Assembly: GCA_013696915.1 (NCBI GenBank)
Contig: JACCXR010000411.1
Span: forward strand, 1 to 39,295
Length of the DNA stretch: 39,295 bases
Direction: 5' to 3'
DNA from: Euzebyaceae bacterium
Lineage (GTDB): Bacteria; Actinomycetota; Nitriliruptoria; Euzebyales; Egibacteraceae
Shown here: piece after piece, positions 1-7,346 of the stretch
Layout of the letters: every line of letters starts with the position of its first letter
Numbering within the stretch: the stretch's first letter is position 1
Made by a program: the position numbers and the translations under genes
The notes under the pieces: generated by a model
Seen by the model: only the letters and a program-made list of their open reading frames with translations
Told to the model about the DNA's origin: nothing
Databases searched by the model: none

Positions 1-1
1 G

Positions 2-295
2 GCCGTGGCCGGACGGGCCGCGGAGACCGGGCTCGAGCCCGGCCGCACGTGGCTCGCGACCGGTGCGAACTGGCCGGACGCGCTGGCCGCCGGGCCGGGC
101 GCGGCCGCGGACGGCGGCGTGCTGCTGCTCGTGGACGGCGACGAGGTCTCGCGGTCCCCGGAGGTGGAGCGGTGGCTCGACGAGCGGGGAGCCGACCTCG
201 AACGCGTCGTCCTCGTCGGGAGCCGGGACGTCGTGGCGCCCAACGTGGAGGCAGCCGTCAGGCGCCGCTTCGCGGAGCCGGTGGACGTCTCATGA
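2..295 (+). CDS. 3' end of a cell-wall-binding-repeat-2 type protein (5'-partial, continues upstream of the window)
   Basis: The frame is open from the window edge to TGA 293-295. The translation ...TWLATGANWPDALAAGPGAAADGGVLLLVDGDEVS...RVVLVGSRDVVAPNVE fits the (A-T-G-x-N-F/W-P-D-A-L-A-A-G-P ... L-L-L ... V-x-L-V-G) pattern of putative cell wall binding repeat 2 domains. Third codon positions are G/C-rich. Confidence 0.55.
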   Translation, partial: AVAGRAAETGLEPGRTWLATGANWPDALAAGPGAAADGGVLLLVDGDEVSRSPEVERWLDERGADLERVVLVGSRDVVAPNVEAAVRRRFAEPVDVS

Positions 296-304
296 CCCCT
301 GGCG

Positions 305-766
305 TCAGTCCCGGGACAGCCGCGGCGGGAATCCGCCGGTGGCGACGGGACCCCACCGGTCGATCGTGATGCGCACCAGGGACTTGCCCTGCTGCTGCAT
401 CGCCTCCCGGTAGGCGTCCCAGTCGGGGTGCTCGCCGGAGATGGCGCGGTAGTACTCGACGAGCGGCTCCAGGGCCTCGGGGAGGTCGAGCACCTCTGCG
501 CTGCCGTCGACCTGGACCCACGGGCCGTCCCAGTCGTCGGAGAGGACGCAGACCGTCGCCCGGGGATCCCGTCGGAGGTTGGCCGCCTTCGCGCGCTCCG
601 GGTAGGTCGAGATCACCACCCGGTCCTGCCCGTCCAGCCCCATGGCCACCGGCGACAGCTGCGGGCGGCCGTCGCGGCGGGACGTGGTCAGGATGCCGCG
701 GTGACGGGGCCGCACGAACTCGAGCAGCGCGGAGCGGCCGACGCGGTCGGCTCTGGCGATGCTCAT
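305..766 (-). CDS. PPOX-class (pyridoxamine 5'-phosphate oxidase-like) probable F420-dependent enzyme
   Basis: ATG at 766 (cat 764-766) has GGAG 6 nt upstream and lies 14 nt after the stop of the upstream gene. The product MSIARADRVGRSALLEFVRPRHRGILTTSRRDGRPQLSPV...VISTYPERAKAANLRRDPRATVCV...VRITIDRWGP matches the split-barrel PPOX/F420 family pattern. The extra N-terminal 120 aa of track ORF 305..1126 are an Arg-rich shadow over the neighbouring gene. Confidence 0.8.
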   Translation of the reverse strand: MSIARADRVGRSALLEFVRPRHRGILTTSRRDGRPQLSPVAMGLDGQDRVVISTYPERAKAANLRRDPRATVCVLSDDWDGPWVQVDGSAEVLDLPEALEPLVEYYRAISGEHPDWDAYREAMQQQGKSLVRITIDRWGPVATGGFPPRLSRD

Positions 767-780
767 GCCACGCTCCGGTG

Positions 781-2589
781 TCACCTTGCCGCCGCGGCGC
801 CGGCGATCACGCCGATGGTGGTCATCACGGACAGCAGGCTGGTGTCCTCTTCGACGAGCTGGTCGGTGTAGAACTCGGCGACGGCCTCGACCTCGGCCTG
901 AGGCGATCGCCGCAGGCCGAAGGCGAAGGCGCTCCGTAGGCCGCTCTGGACGGCGGCGGACGCGCGCGGGAAGTTGGCGTCGGCCACCACGTCGGTGATC
1001 CACGCCGCCTCGCCGGACTCCCACACCCGTCCCGGCAGGCCCGCGCCCCGGCGCAGCCGCTGCCGCAGCGTCAGGGTCCCGAAGCCCGAGGCGGCGCCGG
1101 AATGGGCCTCGCGGACGTCCGTGCACCGCAGGTGGGCGGCGCCTTCCTCGGGCATCCAGGCGGCGCCGAATCGCCAGCCCAGGTGGCGGACGACCACGTC
1201 GACGGTCAGGCGCGCCAGATCCCGCACCTCCCCAGGACCGGCATGCGGGACGACAGCGGCGGCGATCTCCTCGAGAGCGCCGAGACCGCGGTCGACCAAC
1301 CTCTGTTCACCGGAGCGGTCGCGGTCGGTGAGGTCCCGCAGGGACCCGACGAACATCTGGCGCCCGCCCGGGCCGGGGAACGCGCTCAGCAGCAGCTCGA
1401 CCGGGACCTCCGAACCGTCGCGCCTCCGGGCCGGGACGCGGATCGGGCGCCCGATGAGCCGCGGCGTGCCGGTGAGCAGGTAGGAGGTGTAGCCCACGAC
1501 GTGCGCGTCGTGCAGCCGCTCCGGGATGATCGTCGTGAGACGCTGCCCGACGAGCTCCCCCGCCGGCCACCCCAGCAGCCGCTCCGCCGACGGGTTGAGG
1601 TGCACGATGCGGTTGAGATCGTCGCCCACGACGATCGCGTCGCCGAGCTGGTCGAGGACCCGCCGGTGGTCGACCTGCACCATCGGCGTCGCCGTGTCGG
1701 GCGGCTCGGCGACGTGGTCGGACCACGGTGTCGGCGGAGCCCCGTCGAGCTGCGTGACGATCTGACCGAGCCACCAGCGGCGGCATCCTCGGATCTCCGG
1801 GAGGGCGGGCGGCGTGAGGAGCTCGCCGGAGCTCGACAGCAGATCCGCCTCGCTGAGGGTTGCGAGCAGCTGGGCGCTCGCCTCCCGGGCTCGCGGGCCC
1901 ACGGCGACCGGAAGGTCGGCTCGCGCTTCGCCGGCTTCGGCCGCCGCCTGCACCTCGGCCCGCAGGTCGCCGACGGCGGACTGCTCCGTCGCGTTGGGCG
2001 GGCCCGGCTCCTCCGAGGCCGCGTCGGCGAACGCCCGGAGGGTGAACTCGCGAAGGAGCGCGTCGTTCTGCTGGAGCATGGCCAGGTACAGGGCGACCGG
2101 CAGTCCGAGCAGCTGCACCGTGCGGGCGGCCTCCGGGGCGGCGCCCTCCGGGCTGTCGGAGGAGCCGATCTCGTGGCCGGACGGCTCGTCGTCGGCCGTT
2201 TCGCGGTCGGGTCGGGACGAGGGCTCGCCGACCTCGAACCAGACGACCTTCCCCGGCTCGCGGGTTTCGACCCCCCACCGGCTGGACAGCAGCTCCACCA
2301 TCTCCAGCCCGCGGCCCGTGGCCGCATCGGCCGCGTGCCTGGCGGGCTTCGGCAGGACGGGGCTCGCGTCGCGGACCTCGACCCGCACGGTCGGCCCGCC
2401 GGCAACCACCCGCAGCCCGACCTCGGAACCCGAGTGCAGCAACGCATTGGTCACCAGTTCGCTCACCAGGAGCTCGGTGGTGTCGGAGTGGCGCTCCTGG
2501 CCGGTCGTGTGCAGCGCCGTGACCACGAACCGCCGCGCGCGTCCGGCGCTCTGCGGATCGGCGGGCAGCAGCGTCTCCATCACCGGCAT
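781..2589 (-). CDS. Multidomain signalling protein: N-terminal RsbW/SpoIIAB-like ATPase (HATPase_c_2), uncharacterised helical middle domain, PAS, C-terminal GAF
   Basis: ATG 2589 (cat 2587-2589) is preceded by AGGGAGG with a 5-nt spacer. N-terminus: ...ARRFVVTALHTTG...ELLVSELVTNALLHSGSEVGLRV...RVEVRDASP...GRGLEMVELLSSRWGV...GKVVWFEV, the anti-sigma Ser-kinase ATPase pattern. PAS-like: LDQLGDAIVVGDDLNRIVHLNPSAERLLGWPAGELVGQRLTTIIPE. GAF-like: C-terminal ...GLPGRVWESGEAAWITDV...FPRASAA...GLRSAFAFGL. Confidence 0.8.
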   Translation of the reverse strand: MPVMETLLPADPQSAGRARRFVVTALHTTGQERHSDTTELLVSELVTNALLHSGSEVGLRVVAGGPTVRVEVRDASPVLPKPARHAADAATGRGLEMVELLSSRWGVETREPGKVVWFEVGEPSSRPDRETADDEPSGHEIGSSDSPEGAAPEAARTVQLLGLPVALYLAMLQQNDALLREFTLRAFADAASEEPGPPNATEQSAVGDLRAEVQAAAEAGEARADLPVAVGPRAREASAQLLATLSEADLLSSSGELLTPPALPEIRGCRRWWLGQIVTQLDGAPPTPWSDHVAEPPDTATPMVQVDHRRVLDQLGDAIVVGDDLNRIVHLNPSAERLLGWPAGELVGQRLTTIIPERLHDAHVVGYTSYLLTGTPRLIGRPIRVPARRRDGSEVPVELLLSAFPGPGGRQMFVGSLRDLTDRDRSGEQRLVDRGLGALEEIAAAVVPHAGPGEVRDLARLTVDVVVRHLGWRFGAAWMPEEGAAHLRCTDVREAHSGAASGFGTLTLRQRLRRGAGLPGRVWESGEAAWITDVVADANFPRASAAVQSGLRSAFAFGLRRSPQAEVEAVAEFYTDQLVEEDTSLLSVMTTIGVIAGAAAAR

Positions 2590-2641
2590 CGGACCTCCCT
2601 CGGACCTTCCCCGGGGCGTGCGGCCCCTTGCGGCAGCGTAC

Positions 2642-3174
2642 TCACTTGTCGCTCGGCACATCCCGCCCGCCGGTCGCCGCCACGGCCGTGCGGACCCGGC
2701 CGGACGCCACGTCGTAGAGGCAGCCCGCCGCCGGCAGCCCTCTCGGGAGCAGCGGGTGCGCGCGGATCCTGGTCACGTCCAGCCGGAGCGCCGCGTCCTG
2801 GTCGGGCGCGGTCCGGAACTCGAGGCTGCGGGTGTCCACGCCGCTCGAGCGGAGGATCAGGGCGTGCACCTCCTCGTCACCGGACTTCGCCATCCGGCAG
2901 TCCGTGTGGGCGACGACCATCACCCGGTCGACCCCCAGGAGGTGGACGGCGAGGACCAGGGTCCGCAGCACGTCGTCGGTGACGCGGCCGCCGGCGTTGC
3001 GCAGGATCTTCGCATCGCCCGGCCGCAGCCCCAGCATGCGCAGCGGCTCGATCCGGGTGTCCATGCACGTGACGATCGCGAGCCCGCGCGCCGCACGTCC
3101 TGGAGGCCGCCGAGGTCGAACTGCTGCGCGTAGGCGGCGTTCGCGGACAGGACGTCGGCGAAGGGGTCGGACAT
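2642..3174 (-). pseudogene. Beta-class carbonic anhydrase interrupted by a 1-nt frameshift (true pseudogene or sequencing error)
   Basis: ATG 3174 has GAGGAG 7 nt upstream and gives MSDPFADVLSANAAYAQQFDLGGLQ.... Downstream ORF 2642..3064 gives MDTRIEPLRMLGLRPGDAKILRNAGGRVTDDVLRTLVLAVHLLGVDRVMVVAHTDCRM, the beta-CA Cys/Asp/Arg...His/Cys zinc-site pattern. The frame of the second part read upstream gives ...PGRAARGLAIVTCMDTRI. Adding one G to the GG at 3102-3103 (plus strand) yields a continuous ...FDLGGLPGRAARGLAIVTCMDTRIEPL... of ~177 aa. Confidence 0.7.
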
Positions 3175-3463
3175 CGGCGGGCTCCTCAGCGCGCTGTCAG
3201 ACCGCTGCCGGCGCGTCGAAGACCCGGGAGCGGGCAGCACGACGGCCGCGGCTGCAAGGGCACGGCGCATGCGCGCATCATGACCGCTCTCCCGGCACGG
3301 CGCGACCCTTTCGCCGGACGACCTGTGGCGCCTGCGTCAGGAGCGCGCATCGTGAAGTCAGCGAAACCCACGCGATCGCCGCTCGACCAGTCCGCCCCCG
3401 GGGGGGGTACACGCTGAAGGCGCGCGGCCCGGATGGGCCGAGCACGGTCGACGCCACCGCACG

Positions 3464-3739
3464 TCAGGGATCGACCACGTCGAGAGCGTCCCTCCGCAGC
3501 GGCGGTCCGAGCACCTCGACGCCGACGGGCTCAAGCAGCGCACGGAGCGTCGCGGCGTCGAGCTCGGAGATGATTCCCGCGCCTCCACGGGTGCCGCGGG
3601 GTCCGAGCAGGGCGAACGCGGTGTCGCCGACGGCGTGACGGGGCTCGTAGCGCACACCGGCGAAACCCTGGTGGTGCAGGGCCTGCGCCCACCACTGCGG
3701 CCGGGTGTAGGGGATGACCGTCTGGTGGCGGAGAGCCCG
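3464..3739 (-). pseudogene. C-terminal remnant of a RES-domain (toxin-like) protein with the N-terminal half missing
   Basis: The last ~91 codons of track ORF 3464..4243 read RALRHQTVIPYTRPQWWAQALHHQGFAGVRYEPRHAVGDTAFALLGPRG...LDAATLRALLEPVGVEVLGPP. This resembles the C-terminal half of actinobacterial RES proteins (Y-x-x-T/P-Q-x-W-A...G-x-x-G-(I/V)-x-Y-x-S-R...(A/V)-L-F-G). The position of the RES serine is Glu/Pro here. Upstream codons are an Arg-rich antisense shadow of the plus-strand gene, and there is no credible start codon. Confidence 0.45.
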
Positions 3740-4198
3740 ACCGCCGCCACCGACGAGCTCGCCAGGATCGACCTGCTGCGCTTCCCCGTTCAGATCCGGG
3801 GGCGGGCCCAACAAAACCACGAGGGGCTGATGCGCGAGTTCGCGCTGATCGCCAACCCGCATCCCGCCAGCGAGCACGACATCCCCGTCCGGCTGCTGCG
3901 GATCGTCGTCGACCTGCGTGACCGCTACGGGGGCTTCACCAACGAGTCCAGCGCCGAGCTGGACGCGGCGGCTGAGCGCGGCGACGAGGAGATGGACCTC
4001 ACGCTGCTGGTTCCTGCGGCGGCTCGGGGCGCCGCGGTGGAGCTGACGGGCTTGCTCGAGGAGGCCGACGACTACTGCCGGCGGGGAGAGCTGCTCACGC
4101 TGGCCACTCCCCCGGAGCTTGTCGCCTTCCGGAACTGGTACCTCGGCCAGGTCGTCGAGCAGATCGATGGCCGCCCCCCGACGCCCTGGGCGGCGTAG
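3725..4198 (+). CDS. Stand-alone copy of the uncharacterised middle domain of the 781..2589 signalling protein; probably an N-terminally truncated ATP-binding-protein paralogue
   Basis: The translation ...IDLLRFPVQIRGRAQQNHEGLMREFALIA...GELLTLATPPELVAFRNWYLGQVVEQIDGRPPTPW aligns by eye with ...VQLLGLPVALYLAMLQQNDALLREFTLRA...GELLTPPALPEIRGCRRWWLGQIVTQLDGAPPTPW of the neighbouring protein. The start is uncertain: GTG 3725 is chosen because ATG 3635 would run antisense through the RES remnant, and no convincing RBS is present. Stop is TAG 4196-4198. Confidence 0.5.
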   Translation: MAESPTAATDELARIDLLRFPVQIRGRAQQNHEGLMREFALIANPHPASEHDIPVRLLRIVVDLRDRYGGFTNESSAELDAAAERGDEEMDLTLLVPAAARGAAVELTGLLEEADDYCRRGELLTLATPPELVAFRNWYLGQVVEQIDGRPPTPWAA

Positions 4199-4264
4199 CC
4201 GGTCCGCACCGCCACGACCCGTTGACCGCCGCCGCGCCGTCACGGGATGGCGGGCAGGAGGGCG

Positions 4265-5077
4265 TCACCGTGGGGGCAGTGTCGAGTCACGCATCGCGTC
4301 GCTGATGTCGCTCGACGCCTGCAGCAGCGCGTCAGCGATCTTCTTGACCTGGTCGTCGGGCAGGCGGGACTTGGGTGCAGCCACGGCCACCGCACCGACC
4401 GGCTGATCCTCCCGGCCCCGGACCACCACAGCGATCGCACTGAGGTCGTCCTCGCTCTCACCGAAGTTGGTGCCGTACCCCCGGGCTCGGATCTCGGCGA
4501 GCTCCTTCTCCAGCGTGCTGCGGCTCATCACCGATTGCGTGGTCATCTTCCGCAGGCGAGCGTTCGGGTAGAGCTCCCGAAACGCTTCGCGAGGCAGCTC
4601 CGCGAGGAGCGCCTTCCCACCGGCGGTGCAGTGCGCCGGCAGGAGCACCCCTGCTCTCGATCCCACTCGGATGATCTTCGGGCTCTCCACGCAGTCGACG
4701 AAGAGAGTGTCAGAGCCCTGGAGCACCACGAGGTTCACGGTCTCCTCGACCTGCAGGCTCAGCCGTTCGAGCACCGGCCGGGCCGCGCGCCGCAGGTCGA
4801 GGTCACGCACGGCGGTGAGGCCCACCTTCAAGAGCACCGCACCGGCGCGATAGTGGCGCGTGGCCGGATCCTGCGTGACGAAACCGCGGTACTGGAGCGC
4901 GGCGAGCAGTCGGTGCGCCGTCGACGGGGCGACGCCGAGGAGGTCACTCGCATCCGAAACGGTCATCGTCGGTTGCTCGAGCAGCGACAACAACAGCAAC
5001 AGTGCGTTGTCGACGGACTCGATCGGGTAGTTCGGCGGCTTCATCCGGTCCGGTTCCTGGCGACGGGTGCGTGCCAT
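4265..5077 (-). CDS. IclR-family transcriptional regulator
   Basis: N-terminal winged HTH: ...IESVDNALLLLLSLLEQPTMTVSDASDLLGVAPSTAHRLLAALQYRGFVTQD. C-terminal IclR effector domain: ...RPVLERLSLQVEETVNLVVLQG...VGSRAGVLLPAHCTAGGKALLAELP...ELAEIRARGYGTNFGESEDDLSAIAVVV. ATG 5077 is chosen; the alternative ATG 5044 gives MKPPNYPIESVD. Confidence 0.9.
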   Translation of the reverse strand: MARTRRQEPDRMKPPNYPIESVDNALLLLLSLLEQPTMTVSDASDLLGVAPSTAHRLLAALQYRGFVTQDPATRHYRAGAVLLKVGLTAVRDLDLRRAARPVLERLSLQVEETVNLVVLQGSDTLFVDCVESPKIIRVGSRAGVLLPAHCTAGGKALLAELPREAFRELYPNARLRKMTTQSVMSRSTLEKELAEIRARGYGTNFGESEDDLSAIAVVVRGREDQPVGAVAVAAPKSRLPDDQVKKIADALLQASSDISDAMRDSTLPPR

Positions 5078-5144
5078 CTTCCCAGCCACTCCTGTCCACA
5101 GCCCTTCGGACGACCCCCTCGTGGAGCGCGCCACCGTGTCGGCG

Positions 5145-5163
5145 CGCGGACCTTAGGTCCGCG
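5145..5163. terminator. Perfect 8-bp stem / 3-nt loop hairpin (CGCGGACC-tta-GGTCCGCG). Candidate terminator of the molybdo-hydroxylase operon or an operator upstream of the IclR gene.
   Basis: Read directly from the sequence. It lies 66 nt downstream of the 5229 stop (minus strand) and ~70-85 nt upstream of the IclR start. There is no U-tract. Confidence 0.3.
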
Positions 5164-5228
5164 ACATGGTGTCGGCGCAGTCCAGAACGGCATTCCATCG
5201 AGGGAGGTCGAGGGGAACGTACCACGAC

Positions 5229-7346
5229 TCACAGCAGTGTCTGAGGCGTGATCGGCAGGTCTCGAATGCGCCGACCGGTCGCATGGTGGACCGCGTTCGC
5301 GATCGCCGCGGCGACCCCGACGATCGCCACCTCGCCGATGCCTTTGACGCCGAGGGCGTTCACGTGCGGATCATGTTCGTCGATGAAGCAGACATCGATC
5401 CAGGGGATGTCGGCATGCGTCGGTACCGCGTAGCCGGAGAGGTTGGGTGACACGACGCGTCCCAGCCGCCGATCGGTCACGGTGCGCTCCGTCAGTGCCA
5501 TGCCGGTGCCTCCGACGATCCCTCCGATCATCTGGCTGCGGGCCGTCTTGGGGTTGAGGATGCGGCCCGCCCCGAACACACCGCAGAAGCGGGTCAGACG
5601 CACCTCGCCGAGCTCCGGGTCGACCTGCACCTCAGCGAAGTGGGCGCCGAACGACCGCATCGCGAACCTCGACGCGGATGCGCCGGGTCGAGCGTCCCCC
5701 CGGCCCTCCACGAACTCGATCCCGTGACGGGTCAGGATCTCGGCGTAGGAGTCGCCCTGCTCGGCCAGCGCCAGGACCTTCGAGCAGGCGTCCAGGGCGG
5801 CGGACCACACCGCCGGACCGACGCTGGCCGCCGTCTGAGAACCTCCGGAGTGCGGTGCCGGCGGCAGATCGGTGTCACCCAGCGCAGCGGTGACACGCTC
5901 CACCGGAACCCCGAGCGCGTCCGCGGCGACCTGGACCATCGTGGTGTAGGTGCCGGTACCGAGATCCTGCGTGCCGCTGGTGACCAGGATGCGCCCGTCC
6001 GCACAGATCCGGACACGGGCGGCCGCAGCCTCGCTGTGCACCCCGTAGGTCGCGCTCGCCATGCCCCAGCCGACGAGGTGGCGACCTTCGCGCATGGACC
6101 GCGGCTCAGTGGTCCGGCGTTCCCATCCGAAGCGCTCAGCTCCGACCTGGTAGCACTCGCGCAGCGCGTTGCTCGACCACGCGAGGCCCTCCTGCGGCTC
6201 GTCCTCGGCGAAGTTGCGCAGGCGCAGCGCCACCGGGTCCACCCCCGACTGTGCCGCCAGCTCGTCGAGCGCTGACTCCAGCGCGAAGCTGCCGACGGCC
6301 TCGCCCGGCGCGCGCATCACCGTGGGCGTCGGGGCGTTCACCCGCACCAGCCGGTGGCGCACGGCGACGTTCGGACAGGCGTACAGCGAACGGGAGATGT
6401 ATCCCGCTCCGGCCACGAACTCCTCGAACACCGAGGTCTGCTGGGTCACCGCATGCACGATGGCGGTGAGGGTGCCGTCCTGCCTGGCTCCCAGCGACAA
6501 CCGCTGGACCGTCGGCGAGCGGTAGCCGAGGGAGGTGAACATCTGCGCCCGGCTGAGGACCAGCTTGACCGGGCGGCCGACGTGGCGCGCCGCCAGGGCC
6601 GCCAGCACGACGTGGGGCCACACCATCGCCTTGCTGCCGAACGCGCCTCCGACGAAGGGCGAGACGACGCGTACCTGGTCCGTCGCCATCCCGAGCGTCA
6701 TGGCCACGGCATCGCGGACGCCCGAGACCCATTGCGTGCTGTCGTAGAGGGTGAGCCGCCCGCCGTCCCACGCCGCCACCGTGGCGCCCGGCTCGAGGGG
6801 GTGGTGATGTTCCGTCGGGGTCGTGTACGTGGCGTCGAGGCGCACCTCGGCTCGGGCCAGCGCCGCCTCGGGATCACCCCGGACGGAATCGGGCGCCTCG
6901 CCGAAGATGCCGCTCGGTGGCAGCTCGTCTCCCGCCTCGAGGGTCGTGACCGCCTCCTCGCGGTCGTACGCCACGTCGATCAGCGCTGCCGCCTGCGCGG
7001 CGTGGTGGAGGGTGTCCGCGACGACCACGGCGAGGTGCTCGCCGTCGAAGTTCACGGTGTCGTCCTGGAGAGGCGGCCGGCGCTGGCCCGCCGGTCCCTG
7101 CGGGAACGTGGGGACCTCGGCCAGCGATGGGGTGTTTGCGTGGCTCAGGACCCCCAGCACCCCCGGCGCGCGCTCGGCCGCAGCCGCGTCGATCCGCACG
7201 ATGCGCCCCGTTGGGACCGTGCTCTGCACGACCACCGCGTGGGCGAGGTCGGGCAGCACCACGTCGACGGTGTAGCACGCCGTGCCGGTGACCTTGCTGC
7301 GGGCGTCGGCGCGGTCGACCGGAGTGCCGACGGCGGTCGGCCTCAT
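5229..7346 (-). CDS. Xanthine dehydrogenase / aldehyde oxidase family molybdopterin-binding (large) subunit
   Basis: ATG 7346 overlaps the stop of the upstream FAD-subunit gene (ATGA at 7343-7346). The product MRPTAVGTPVDRADARSKVTGTACYTVD...(705 aa) has the typical N-terminus, length and internal motifs (...GGAFGSK..., ...GTQDLGTGTYT..., ...GIGE...) of CoxL/XdhB-like subunits. The extra 102 aa in track ORF 5229..7652 are overlap shadow. Confidence 0.9.
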   Translation of the reverse strand: MRPTAVGTPVDRADARSKVTGTACYTVDVVLPDLAHAVVVQSTVPTGRIVRIDAAAAERAPGVLGVLSHANTPSLAEVPTFPQGPAGQRRPPLQDDTVNFDGEHLAVVVADTLHHAAQAAALIDVAYDREEAVTTLEAGDELPPSGIFGEAPDSVRGDPEAALARAEVRLDATYTTPTEHHHPLEPGATVAAWDGGRLTLYDSTQWVSGVRDAVAMTLGMATDQVRVVSPFVGGAFGSKAMVWPHVVLAALAARHVGRPVKLVLSRAQMFTSLGYRSPTVQRLSLGARQDGTLTAIVHAVTQQTSVFEEFVAGAGYISRSLYACPNVAVRHRLVRVNAPTPTVMRAPGEAVGSFALESALDELAAQSGVDPVALRLRNFAEDEPQEGLAWSSNALRECYQVGAERFGWERRTTEPRSMREGRHLVGWGMASATYGVHSEAAAARVRICADGRILVTSGTQDLGTGTYTTMVQVAADALGVPVERVTAALGDTDLPPAPHSGGSQTAASVGPAVWSAALDACSKVLALAEQGDSYAEILTRHGIEFVEGRGDARPGASASRFAMRSFGAHFAEVQVDPELGEVRLTRFCGVFGAGRILNPKTARSQMIGGIVGGTGMALTERTVTDRRLGRVVSPNLSGYAVPTHADIPWIDVCFIDEHDPHVNALGVKGIGEVAIVGVAAAIANAVHHATGRRIRDLPITPQTLL

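Noticed and set aside
1102-2982. Very long ORFs antisense to, or out of frame with, the called genes. Examples: 1102..2982 (+), 6354..7649 (+), 11296..12834 (-), 25776..27809 (-), 32944..34806 (+), 33143..34012 (-), 34835..35911 (+).
   Set aside because: Their translations are Arg/Pro/Gly/Ala-rich and motif-free, which is typical of open shadow frames in very GC-rich DNA. Each overlaps a gene whose product carries clear family motifs.
3175-3463. Possible small gene or Xre-type antitoxin remnant (frame reading ...LSPDDLWRLRQERAS*), the palindrome GCGCATGCGC (3265-3274) and a C5G8 homopolymer tract (3395-3407) in the 290-bp gap upstream of the carbonic anhydrase.
   Set aside because: There is no ORF with a start, an RBS and convincing composition. 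The HTH-like resemblance covers only ~12 residues. Short GC palindromes and C/G runs are expected by chance in this composition, and no coding frame is available to be phase-varied.
3464-4243. The whole 259-aa minus-strand ORF read as an intact RES-domain toxin.
   Set aside because: Only the last ~91 residues look RES-like. The first ~165 are an Arg-rich antisense shadow of the plus-strand ORF, whose homology to the neighbouring signalling protein is unmistakable.
4218-4246. Imperfect hairpin (CCCGTtGAC...GTCACGGG) between the convergent 4198 and 4265 stops, considered as a terminator.
   Set aside because: The 8-bp stem is bulged, the loop is 12 nt and there is no U-tract. This is too weak to list as a feature.
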